Source: Campylobacterota bacterium (GTDB lineage: Bacteria > Campylobacterota > Campylobacteria > Campylobacterales > Sulfurovaceae). From it: DNA of 17,919 bases. The notes below the pieces were generated by a model. It did not search any database. It was not told the DNA's origin and was given only the letters and a program-made list of their open reading frames with translations. Position numbers and translations under genes: made by a program. The stretch spans positions 1 through 17,919 of the forward strand of contig JAYEOM010000039.1 in NCBI GenBank assembly GCA_034722955.1. Direction: 5' to 3'. Shown in pieces: positions 1-8,031 of the stretch. Position 1 is the stretch's first letter. Each line of letters begins with the position of its first letter.

Positions 1-4
1 ATTA

Positions 5-72
5 AGGTAGTCTGGCGATCTAACTAGAGACCCATAACTTTCCGACCTCACTTCATAATGAGTTTAGTTTTT
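5..72 (-). ncRNA. Cyclic-dinucleotide (c-di-GMP-I / GEMM-I-like) riboswitch aptamer, variant; controls a gene left of the window
   Basis: Minus strand reads ACT-AAA-CTCATT-ATGA-AGTGAG-GTCGG-AAAG-TTATG-GGTCTCTA-GT-TAGATCGC-CAGA-CTACC. This is collinear with the GEMM-I layout (GGC-AAA-stem-GNRA-stem-GACGC-AAAG...GGCCUA...AGC...UUACC). The 20-nt core matches the second aptamer (17151-17170) at 17/20 positions. The loop is ATGA rather than GNRA and P1 is weak. Confidence 0.75.
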
Positions 73-95
73 TCTATATAAATAAGTTGAGCTAC

Positions 96-133
96 ATTAT
101 AATAGAAAGATGTCACATTTTATGTCACATTTT
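96..133 (-). promoter_or_regulatory. Leftward sigma70 promoter with tandem 12-bp direct repeat (putative regulator binding site)
   Basis: TATAAT on the minus strand at 96-101, just upstream of the riboswitch. ATGTCACATTTT is repeated perfectly at 110-121 and 122-133. Confidence 0.6.
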
Positions 134-317
134 TTTAAAATCTTAACTTTCGCACCTAAAGTTTACCAAAATGACACCTAAGCACCCATAAATCACTCAT
201 TTGTTCACTCTTTGAAAATGGTGCTACACCCCTACCGTTCAATCTCCACTTTTATGGTTTTTGATAACCATAGAAATAGCCGACTATGGAGCCACATGAT
301 GAACAGGTTCACTTAAA

Positions 318-2378
318 CTATTTAGCTATACTAACAAGGTTGCGTCCTAGCTCTTTGGCTCTGTACATTGCCTTGTCAGCTCTCTCAATCAATTTATCTA
401 AAGAACAATCTTTATCCTTATAGTGAGCCACGCCTATACTAATAGTTGTATGAATAGTACACTCTTGAATCTCTATAGGTTTATTTGCTATATTTGTACG
501 AAGGCGTTCTGCAACTTCCATCCCTTTTTCTAAGGGGGTATTTGTAAGTACTACTATAAACTCTTCACCACCATACCGTGCACAATAATCAGTATCTCGT
601 AGACAAGCTTTTATAGACTTTGCTATATATTTAAGTACTTGATCACCAATAGTATGTCCATAAGTATCATTTACACTTTTAAAATAATCTATATCTATCA
701 TAAAAAGCGAGAGTGAATGTTTGTAACGATTTATTCTTTGTATATCTTCAGATAATTTTTCTATCAACACCCTTCTATTATATACACCTGTTAGTGGATC
801 ATAGCTAGATAGGTGCTTAAGCTCCTTTTCCATCTTTTTCATCTGTGTAATATTGTGAAAAAATATAATAAAATGATTAGGTACTATCTCTCTATTTTTA
901 ATACTAACAGATAACTCAAACCAATACTGTTCATCTTCTATCTCCATAGTGATTTGTTTTCCAAAAGATTGACCACTATTTTTAGCTTCATCAATAGCTT
1001 GCATTACTTGAGCTGAAGAGCTATCTGGAAGAACTTCAAATATATAGTGTCCTAGAAGCTCCTCTTCTTTTACAGGAAAAGCTTGATGATTACCTGCTAA
1101 TACATTCAGATATAATCCATTTGCATCTATCTCAAACATAGATGCAGGTATTGCGGAGAGAATGGCATTTTGTGAAGAGATTGCCTCTTTGAGCTGTGAT
1201 TGAGTCTTTTTTATCTCATTGATATCTACTACTGAAACTAGTGTCCTTTCTGTATCTTCAAAAAAAGTAAGATTTAGTAAAGCCCATTTAGTAGTTCCCT
1301 CCTTTTCTAGTATGCGAAACTCATAATTATTAGGAATATTTTTTTTACCTTGCAATCTAAGAAAATGATAATTTTTCATTCTGTCTCTATCTTCAGGAGC
1401 TATCCAATCTAAAAATAAACTACCTATAATATCCGATTTTTCTACTCCTAGAGTCTGCAGGGCTTTGTTGTTAATTAAAGATAGAGAGCCATCTCTTTCT
1501 ATGACAGCCATCCCTGTTCCTGTTCCCTCAAAGAGGTTTTTGTAATCATTTTCTGCCAATACACGCTCTGTAATATCCTGAACTGTTCCTTGAGATAAAA
1601 GCACTACACCATCATCATCTCTTTGGTGCTCGCAGCGTTCATGAACCCACCTTGTGACCCCATCACTTTTACGAATAATGCGATGTTTTATATTGTATGG
1701 AGTGTCATCTTCAAGTGATTTACTATACGCCGTTGTCACTTTATCGCAATCATCTGGATGGACACTGCCGATAAAATCTCCATAATTAGCTTTGAAGTAT
1801 TGTGGATCAATGCCAAAAATATGAAATATCTCGTCTGACCAAAAGAGAGTATCACTTTTAAGATCCAAAGACCAACTGCCAATATGAGCAATATGCTGTG
1901 CCTCTATTAGTCTTTGTGATAATTCTGAAAAATTTTGTTCACTTATCTTTAGTGCTGTTTCTATCTCTTTACGAGATGAGATATCTAAAAGAGTACCCTG
2001 ATATGAGATAACTTCACCTTTATCATCTCTTTGGATTGTTGTCCTATCATCTACCCAAAAAATCTCTCCTGTTGGAGATATGATACGATACTCTTGTGTA
2101 AAACTGCTGATATTGTTTTTTGTATATTCAGAAACTTCTTGAGTAACTCTTTTAAAGTCTTGGGGATGGATCAAAGATTCAAAAAGTATCTCTTGTGTCA
2201 ATAAATCCTCAGCAGTGTAACCAAATAGAGTTACATTTTTAGAGACATGCTCTATTGGCCAACCACTTAATGGTCTCCATCTAAATACAACAATAGGACT
2301 ATCTTCTAAAACTAAATTTACTTTGGAGAGTTCTTCATTTTTTTTGTGGCTAAAATTTACATATTTACTTTTCTTCAT
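318..2378 (-). CDS. Cytoplasmic multi-PAS sensor diguanylate cyclase (about 4 PAS/PAC + GGDEF)
   Basis: PAS/PAC motifs include IHPQD...EYRI...FWV...DIS, VHPDD...HRI...RWV...DITER and IAPED...YEFRI...KWA. The C-terminal GGDEF domain has DPLTGVYNRR, MIDIDYFKSVNDTYGHTIGD, an RDTD I-site, RYGGEEF and ADKAMYRAK. No transmembrane segment is visible. Confidence 0.95.
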   Translation of the reverse strand: MKKSKYVNFSHKKNEELSKVNLVLEDSPIVVFRWRPLSGWPIEHVSKNVTLFGYTAEDLLTQEILFESLIHPQDFKRVTQEVSEYTKNNISSFTQEYRIISPTGEIFWVDDRTTIQRDDKGEVISYQGTLLDISSRKEIETALKISEQNFSELSQRLIEAQHIAHIGSWSLDLKSDTLFWSDEIFHIFGIDPQYFKANYGDFIGSVHPDDCDKVTTAYSKSLEDDTPYNIKHRIIRKSDGVTRWVHERCEHQRDDDGVVLLSQGTVQDITERVLAENDYKNLFEGTGTGMAVIERDGSLSLINNKALQTLGVEKSDIIGSLFLDWIAPEDRDRMKNYHFLRLQGKKNIPNNYEFRILEKEGTTKWALLNLTFFEDTERTLVSVVDINEIKKTQSQLKEAISSQNAILSAIPASMFEIDANGLYLNVLAGNHQAFPVKEEELLGHYIFEVLPDSSSAQVMQAIDEAKNSGQSFGKQITMEIEDEQYWFELSVSIKNREIVPNHFIIFFHNITQMKKMEKELKHLSSYDPLTGVYNRRVLIEKLSEDIQRINRYKHSLSLFMIDIDYFKSVNDTYGHTIGDQVLKYIAKSIKACLRDTDYCARYGGEEFIVVLTNTPLEKGMEVAERLRTNIANKPIEIQECTIHTTISIGVAHYKDKDCSLDKLIERADKAMYRAKELGRNLVSIAK

Positions 2379-2483
2379 AATTTATTCCATTCCAAACTTA
2401 AGAAATATATCTATATATAATACAATAAATTTGCTTAATAGTCAAATTTTATAATTTTTCGCTTGTTCCCACTCCCTAAAGCT

Positions 2484-3704
2484 TTAATATAAAAATCCAA
2501 ATAACCAAAGCGGAATCCTATTGCCAAATCCCCGCTCTATTTCATCAGAAGCAACAAAAGCATTTTTCACCTCTTTGATCTGATCGAATGATTTGTTCTT
2601 CCCTCCTACTTCAAAAGCAAATTTGGCATCCACTAAAAAATCACCGCTTTTAGGGGCGATCACCTCATGATCTTTACCTGTTTGATTCATAAAAAATGTC
2701 TCTCTCACCGTTCCTGTATTCGCTTTTGTGGTGAAAAGCAGATTGGAATTATCCAGATAGATTTTTTCAGGCTTTTCTATACTTCCCAAACCTTTTGAAC
2801 TTTTCATAAGCATCTTGATGAGTCCTGCATCTTCTAGGTATTTGAGGTAGTTTTTGAGTGTTCTCTCATCACCTACTCCGATGATATTTTTGAGCTTTTT
2901 CATATCCGGAGTGAAAGGAACTGAGGCAGAGATGACTTTAAGCAGGGACTTTAACTTTCTGATGCTGTTACCTGTCAAAGAGGGATAGATAGCCAGCAGG
3001 TCACCCTCTATCGTCGTGTGAATATTTTGCTCCAATGCCATAGTGAATTGATCTTTGTTGTTGTATTCAAAATAATAGGGATAATAACCTACTTCCAAAT
3101 ACTCCCTGAAGAGAGGAAGGATCTTCTCCTGTTTTGCTGCCAACGCATCGATGATACTTTGGGCGATAGGCTGATGCCCTGATAGGATCTCCTTCAGGGT
3201 AAAACTTTTCAACACGATACCAAGCTTCATCTCTATAAACTCACGCAAGCTCATCCCTTTCATTCTGTACACCAAAGCACGCCTGCTTAAGTCATGGCTT
3301 CCTTTGTGTATCTCAAGAGCAGAGCTCCCTGAGATGATAAGTTTCAACTCTCTAAAGGTGTCATTGATACTTTTCAGCTCTTTTGACCAGTCGGGATATT
3401 TGTGGATCTCATCTATACAAAGCAGCTCCCCACCCATCTTGACAAACATATCGGCTATCTCATAGAGTGTATGATCACCCAATAAAAAATGATCCGCCTG
3501 AATATAGAGTGCTTTAGTGGTATAGAGGTCGGGGTAGTGTTGCCGGATGTATTGTATGATCGCTGTTGTCTTCCCTATGCCCCGTTGACCGGAGATAATA
3601 GAGAAACGATTGGAGAGGGACTCTTTTTTGAGAAAGTAACGAATGTACACCTGTTGATAGTTGACCATATAGTTTTGACTAAGCTGAAAAAATGTCTCTA
3701 GCAT
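2484..3704 (-). CDS. AAA+ ATPase (AAA_14-type) with C-terminal DUF4143-like PD-(D/E)xK fold
   Basis: Walker A GQRGIGKTT, Walker B LLCIDEIH, ISGSS and LSRR motifs, GYYP, KIYLDN and C-terminal GDFLV...FEVGGK. The ribosome binding site (RBS) AGGAG is at 3711-3715. Confidence 0.85.
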   Translation of the reverse strand: MLETFFQLSQNYMVNYQQVYIRYFLKKESLSNRFSIISGQRGIGKTTAIIQYIRQHYPDLYTTKALYIQADHFLLGDHTLYEIADMFVKMGGELLCIDEIHKYPDWSKELKSINDTFRELKLIISGSSALEIHKGSHDLSRRALVYRMKGMSLREFIEMKLGIVLKSFTLKEILSGHQPIAQSIIDALAAKQEKILPLFREYLEVGYYPYYFEYNNKDQFTMALEQNIHTTIEGDLLAIYPSLTGNSIRKLKSLLKVISASVPFTPDMKKLKNIIGVGDERTLKNYLKYLEDAGLIKMLMKSSKGLGSIEKPEKIYLDNSNLLFTTKANTGTVRETFFMNQTGKDHEVIAPKSGDFLVDAKFAFEVGGKNKSFDQIKEVKNAFVASDEIERGFGNRIPLWLFGFLY

Positions 3705-3715
3705 ACGCTTCTCCT

Positions 3716-3765
3716 ATAGTAGTGTATTACTATTATATCATAATATATTAGTAATACACTACTAT
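3716..3765. promoter_or_regulatory. Perfect 17-bp inverted repeat overlapping the extended -10 promoter of the ATPase gene (operator-like)
   Basis: ATAGTAGTGTATTACTA (3716-3732) pairs with TAGTAATACACTACTAT (3749-3765). TGATATAAT lies on the minus strand at 3732-3740. Confidence 0.75.
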
Positions 3766-3772
3766 CAAAACT

Positions 3773-3810
3773 AAGACTAGCCTTAAGGAACTTCCCAAAA
3801 AGCGATTGAC
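3773..3810 (+). repeat. Degenerate partial copy of the core of the palindromic element at 7820-8031
   Basis: GACTAGCCTTA-AGGAACTTCCC-AAAAAGCGATTGAC here matches GACTAGCCTTA...AGGAAATGCCC...AAAAACGATTAAC at 7926-7982, with the three blocks in the same order. Confidence 0.55.
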
Positions 3811-3813
3811 CTG

Positions 3814-4554
3814 CTATTCGTTGATCTTCTCTTTGATCTCTTTTGCTAGTTGGCTTATCTTCGCTATCTTATCTGTGTAGTTAAGTGACTCATCTAATAA
3901 AATCTTGATAAAAGCAGAGCCTACTATGACCCCATCTACCCCTTGTGCTTTCTCTTTGGCAGTATGCTGATCGACACCAAAACCAACATAGAGATCTGCT
4001 TGTGTGACTCCCCTGATATCATTGATAACTCGCTCTAGTGATTCTGCTTTGCCTGAACCCGTGATACCGGCATAAGCGACTAGATAGATAAATTTATCAA
4101 CATCACTCACCAGCTCTGCGATGCGTGCAGGACTATCGGTAGGTGCGACAAAGTCAATAAGTGCCAAGCTACTCTCTCGCATGATCTTTTTGTATGGTCG
4201 TGCCTCTTCTAGCGGAAGATCAGGGATGATGAAGCCATTGACTCCACTCCTCCCTGCTTCATCGATAAAGAGATCTATACCTTTGTGGTAGAAGGGGTTG
4301 AAATATCCCATCCAGAGTGTATCGATATGTGGTGCTATCTGCTGTGAAGCAGAGAAGAGATGATCGATTTTAAATCCACACTGCAGAGAGTGCAGATTGG
4401 CTTTTTCAATCACAGGACCATCTGCTACAGGGTCAGAGAATGGTATCCCAAGCTCTAGTGTATCGACACCGGAATGGGCAAGGGATAGAGCAAGATCAAC
4501 GGTAAAATCCAAGTCTGGATAACCGGTAGTAATATAGGCAACAAGATTTTTCAA
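3814..4554 (-). CDS. trpA: Tryptophan synthase alpha chain
   Basis: LELGIPFSDPVADGPVI, IIPDLP, GITG, VGFGV and DGVIVGSA motifs. TTG start. Confidence 0.97.
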   Translation of the reverse strand: MKNLVAYITTGYPDLDFTVDLALSLAHSGVDTLELGIPFSDPVADGPVIEKANLHSLQCGFKIDHLFSASQQIAPHIDTLWMGYFNPFYHKGIDLFIDEAGRSGVNGFIIPDLPLEEARPYKKIMRESSLALIDFVAPTDSPARIAELVSDVDKFIYLVAYAGITGSGKAESLERVINDIRGVTQADLYVGFGVDQHTAKEKAQGVDGVIVGSAFIKILLDESLNYTDKIAKISQLAKEIKEKINE

Positions 4555-4652
4555 GAATTCTCACTTCATAAAGAATATTTTGGGCTTTTTTACCATCCCA
4601 AACAATTTTTGTGTTATTATACAAAATATATAATTAGAGAGTACATGGAGTG

Positions 4653-5450
4653 ATGAATTTGAATAAAAAAGTAACACTAAAACATCTTCAAAAGATGAAA
4701 GGCAGAGAGAAGATTGTCATGATCACAGCGTATGATGCTCTTTTTGCAGGGATATTTGATCCTTATGTCGATGCGATTTTGGTAGGTGATAGCCTCAATA
4801 TGAGCTTTTTGGGTCGCGAAGATACTATCTCAGCATCAATGGATCAGATGATCTATCATGCTCAGGCTGTTTGTGTAAAAGCAGAGAAGAGTTTTGTACT
4901 TTTCGATATGCCTTTTGGTGCCTATCCAGACAAGGAGACAGCACTCAAAAATGCTGTTCGTGCATATAAGGAGACAGGCGTAGATGCCCTCAAGCTTGAA
5001 GGCGGCAGAGAGAAAGCAGAGATCATCCGACACTTGAGCGACAATGCCATAGCAGTATTTGGACATATCGGACTCAAGCCACAAAGCGTGAGAAGTGAAG
5101 GGGGTTACTCCATCAAAGGCAAGAGTATAGAGGAGAAGCAGGAGATCATAGACAATGCAGTGGCACTGGAGGAGGCGGGAGCGGTAGCTCTCATCATAGA
5201 GGGAGTAAAACCTGATGTTGCACTAGCTGTAACTTCAGCAGTATCAATCCCCACGATAGGGATAGGTGCAGGTGTTGAGTGTGATGGACAAGTTTTGGTT
5301 TGGAGTGATATGTTAGGGTTTTTTGATGAGTTTATGCCAAAGTTTGTGAAGCAGTATATGGATGGGGGCAGCTTGGTCAAGGAGGCAGTTCAAAACTATG
5401 CTTCAGAAGTCAAATCATGCTCATTTCCTGATCAAAAATATACCTATTAA
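4653..5450 (+). CDS. panB: 3-methyl-2-oxobutanoate hydroxymethyltransferase
   Basis: MITAYD, ILVGDSL, DMPFG, KLEGG, GHIGLKPQ and IPTIGIGAG..CDGQVLV motifs. Start is ATG 4653 or GTG 4650. Confidence 0.97.
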   Translation: MNLNKKVTLKHLQKMKGREKIVMITAYDALFAGIFDPYVDAILVGDSLNMSFLGREDTISASMDQMIYHAQAVCVKAEKSFVLFDMPFGAYPDKETALKNAVRAYKETGVDALKLEGGREKAEIIRHLSDNAIAVFGHIGLKPQSVRSEGGYSIKGKSIEEKQEIIDNAVALEEAGAVALIIEGVKPDVALAVTSAVSIPTIGIGAGVECDGQVLVWSDMLGFFDEFMPKFVKQYMDGGSLVKEAVQNYASEVKSCSFPDQKYTY

Positions 5451-5461
5451 AAAGGATAAAA

Positions 5462-5764
5462 GTGAAAAAAACAGTAATTATTATGGGATTGGCAGGAGTC
5501 TTGTCTCTGAGCGGATGTGTTGCCTTTTCGACCAATGAAGTACCTGAGCAGTTTATGAACAGCACTATCATTACCACCAGTGTTAAAGCAAGATTGGCAA
5601 ATCATGCTGGATTGCAAACTTTGAGTTTGAGTGTTCAGACGCTAAATGGTGAAGTGCTTCTAGGTGGTTATGCTCAAACTCAAGAGCAGAAAGTGATAGC
5701 AGGGCGTGTAGCCCAGACTACAGAGGGTGTTAAAAAAGTTATCAACAATATAGTGGTACAGTAA
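5462..5764 (+). CDS. Single-BON-domain lipoprotein
   Basis: Lipoprotein signal peptide MKK + hydrophobic stretch + LSG-C19. BON pattern ITTSVKARL...SVQTLNGEVLLGG...A..VAQTTEGVKKVINNI. RBS AAGGA with GTG start. Confidence 0.85.
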   Translation: MKKTVIIMGLAGVLSLSGCVAFSTNEVPEQFMNSTIITTSVKARLANHAGLQTLSLSVQTLNGEVLLGGYAQTQEQKVIAGRVAQTTEGVKKVINNIVVQ

Positions 5765-5767
5765 GTT

Positions 5768-6790
5768 ATGGAGCGGATGGTTGAGATAGAGAGATTTGAG
5801 GGTGAGAGCTCTTATGAGGTTACTCTCAGACCAGGTAGCTGGGATGAGTATATAGGTCAAGAGAAGATAAAAAAAAACCTCAAAGTTTTTATCGAAGCTA
5901 GCAGGAGACGACAAGAGGCACTTGACCATATCCTATTTTTTGGTCCTCCTGGGCTAGGCAAGACTACACTTGCCAATATCATCGCTTCTGAGATGAATAC
6001 AAATATCAAAACAACCGCTGCACCGATGATAGAAAAGGCAGGTGATTTAGCTGCACTGCTGACCAATATAGAAGAGGGTGATATCCTCTTTATCGATGAG
6101 ATACACCGTATGAGTTCAGCTATCGAAGAGATACTATACCCTGCTATGGAGGATTTTCGCCTTGATATCATCATCGGCAGCGGACCTGCTGCCCAAACAG
6201 TAAAGATAGATCTGCCTCGTTTTACTCTGATCGGTGCAACGACACGGGCCGGGATGCTCTCTAGTCCTCTCAGAGAGCGTTTTGGGATGCATTTTAGGAT
6301 GCAGTTTTATACTCCTGAGGAGTTGGAGACTATAGTTGAGAAGGCATCGCACAAGCTTGAAAAACCTGCACTATCCTCTGCTGCCAGAGAGATAGCCAAA
6401 CGGAGTCGCGGAACGCCTAGGATCTCTCTGAGACTGCTGCGTAGAGTTAGAGATTTTGCTGAAGTAGCAGATGAAGCCAAGATCAGACTAGAGATAACCC
6501 AATACGCACTTGATGAGCTTGGAGTCAACCATTTGGGATTTGATGAGCAAGATATAGAGCTATTGGAGTTGCTAGTCAGTGCAAAAGGCAAGCCGATAGG
6601 GTTGAGTACTATCGGAGCAGCACTGAGTGAAGATGAGGGGACTATAGAGGATGTTCTGGAGCCTTACCTTCTCGCCAATGGCTATATCGAACGGACAGCC
6701 AGAGGTCGTATAGCTACACAGAAAAGCTATGAACATTTTAGATTGAGTACTCCTGTAGAGAGCAGGAGAGAGGATAGTCTGTTTGAGTAA
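5768..6790 (+). CDS. ruvB: Holliday junction branch migration helicase RuvB
   Basis: [46 protein letters not shown] and RTARGR motifs. Confidence 0.98.
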   Translation: MERMVEIERFEGESSYEVTLRPGSWDEYIGQEKIKKNLKVFIEASRRRQEALDHILFFGPPGLGKTTLANIIASEMNTNIKTTAAPMIEKAGDLAALLTNIEEGDILFIDEIHRMSSAIEEILYPAMEDFRLDIIIGSGPAAQTVKIDLPRFTLIGATTRAGMLSSPLRERFGMHFRMQFYTPEELETIVEKASHKLEKPALSSAAREIAKRSRGTPRISLRLLRRVRDFAEVADEAKIRLEITQYALDELGVNHLGFDEQDIELLELLVSAKGKPIGLSTIGAALSEDEGTIEDVLEPYLLANGYIERTARGRIATQKSYEHFRLSTPVESRREDSLFE

Positions 6791-7817
6791 AACTTATATG
6801 GTTATTGTTATTCTTTTCTCTTTGGCACTAATGGGGGCTTATACTATCTACAAGCCATTTCTTCTCTCTATGATAGTAGCGATGCTGTTGACTATGGCAA
6901 CTTACAATTTGACCAAAAAGATGACGCGTAAACTCAACTCTAGAAAATTGAGTGCACTGCTGATGACTATCTTTTTGACAGCTATTATCTTTGCACCTAT
7001 TATCTATGTGACGACTGTGGGGGTCGAATATTTTACCCAACTTGATAAGCAGACGCTAAGGGAGATGATTCACTCTGCTCAGAAAACCGTAGAGAATATC
7101 CCTTATATAGGAGAGTGGGCAGGCGACTCACTTAAAGAGGAGAAGATACTCTCATATATCCAAGAGTCTGCCTACTATCTCACTTCACTTGGAAGTGCCG
7201 GTATAGGTTTTGTAAAAAATATGCTTTTAGTTATACTCTTTTACTTTATCATCAATCTTTATGGTGATCGTATCTTTGAGTTGATCAGGTCACTGCTTCC
7301 CGTCTCAAGAATCAAAAGTACAAAGATGATACATGAAGTCTCTTCAACCATGGAGGTTGTCTTCTACTCTACGATAGCTACCGCATCACTAGAGGGTTTG
7401 CTATTTGGTATTTTTATTGCTAGCTTTGGGTTCAACGGCTTGCTTTTGGGGATCATATATGGATTTGCATCACTGATCCCTGTAATAGGCGGTGCATTGG
7501 TCTGGGTACCTGTCGCACTCTATAGCTGGAGCAAGATAGATGTCCATACAGCTTGGGTTATTGTGCTCTACTCTGTGATAGTTGTCTCAATTATAGCAGA
7601 TACTTTTGTCAAGCCTGTTATTATCAAGGTGATCAAAGAGGATATGCTCAAGAGAAGTAGTGATATCAATGAGTTGGTGATATTCTTCTCTATCCTCGCA
7701 GGTATGAGCAGTTATGGTGTCTGGGGAATGATCCTTGGGCCTGCTATCACCTCTTTCTTGATCGCGATGACGAGAGTATATATAGAGTACAACAGAGATA
7801 ACAGTACTTTACAGTAG
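6783..7817 (+). CDS. AI-2E family transporter (PerM/AmaA-like membrane protein)
   Basis: Multiple hydrophobic helices, [14 protein letters not shown] and FFSILAG...GMILGP. Overlaps the ruvB stop, as in the ruvB-amaA arrangement of Campylobacter. Confidence 0.9.
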   Translation: MSKTYMVIVILFSLALMGAYTIYKPFLLSMIVAMLLTMATYNLTKKMTRKLNSRKLSALLMTIFLTAIIFAPIIYVTTVGVEYFTQLDKQTLREMIHSAQKTVENIPYIGEWAGDSLKEEKILSYIQESAYYLTSLGSAGIGFVKNMLLVILFYFIINLYGDRIFELIRSLLPVSRIKSTKMIHEVSSTMEVVFYSTIATASLEGLLFGIFIASFGFNGLLLGIIYGFASLIPVIGGALVWVPVALYSWSKIDVHTAWVIVLYSVIVVSIIADTFVKPVIIKVIKEDMLKRSSDINELVIFFSILAGMSSYGVWGMILGPAITSFLIAMTRVYIEYNRDNSTLQ

Positions 7818-7819
7818 AG

Positions 7820-8031
7820 TTTTTGCAGGACTCTTAGGCTACTCCAATGAGATAAGGCTACCCCAAGGAGATAAACACACAAATAGCTTTATGAGGTTTT
7901 TCATAGACAAGGCAATCGTTTGAAGGACTAGCCTTAGCTAATTGCCCGCAGGAAATGCCCTTGGGGTGCAAAAACGATTAACGAAGTATATGGGAAACCT
8001 CATAAAGCCCGTAGGGAAGCTTTTTTGTAGG
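7820..8031. repeat. Nested palindromic intergenic element (MITE/REP-like or structured RNA) overlapping the lgt 3' end
   Basis: 19-bp tandem repeat at 7836-7854 and 7855-7873 (17/19 identical). Perfect 14-bp inverted repeat at 7886-7899 and 7995-8008. Inner 8-bp inverted repeat at 7914-7921 and 7972-7979. Apical TAGC-CTTA-GCTA hairpin. Confidence 0.7.

Noticed and set aside
289..310. GAGCC...GGTTC resembling group II intron domain V
   Set aside because: Too short (22 nt), with no GNRA-capped upper stem, no domain VI and no reverse transcriptase ORF.
640..700. GGDEF enzyme as a Hypr-type cGAMP synthase matching the A20 riboswitch
   Set aside because: The sequence is NDTYGHTIGD with the canonical Asp. 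Hypr enzymes carry Ser/Thr there, so a normal c-di-GMP product is expected.
7836..7873. 19-bp tandem repeat as a CRISPR array
   Set aside because: Only two adjacent units, no spacer and no cas genes.
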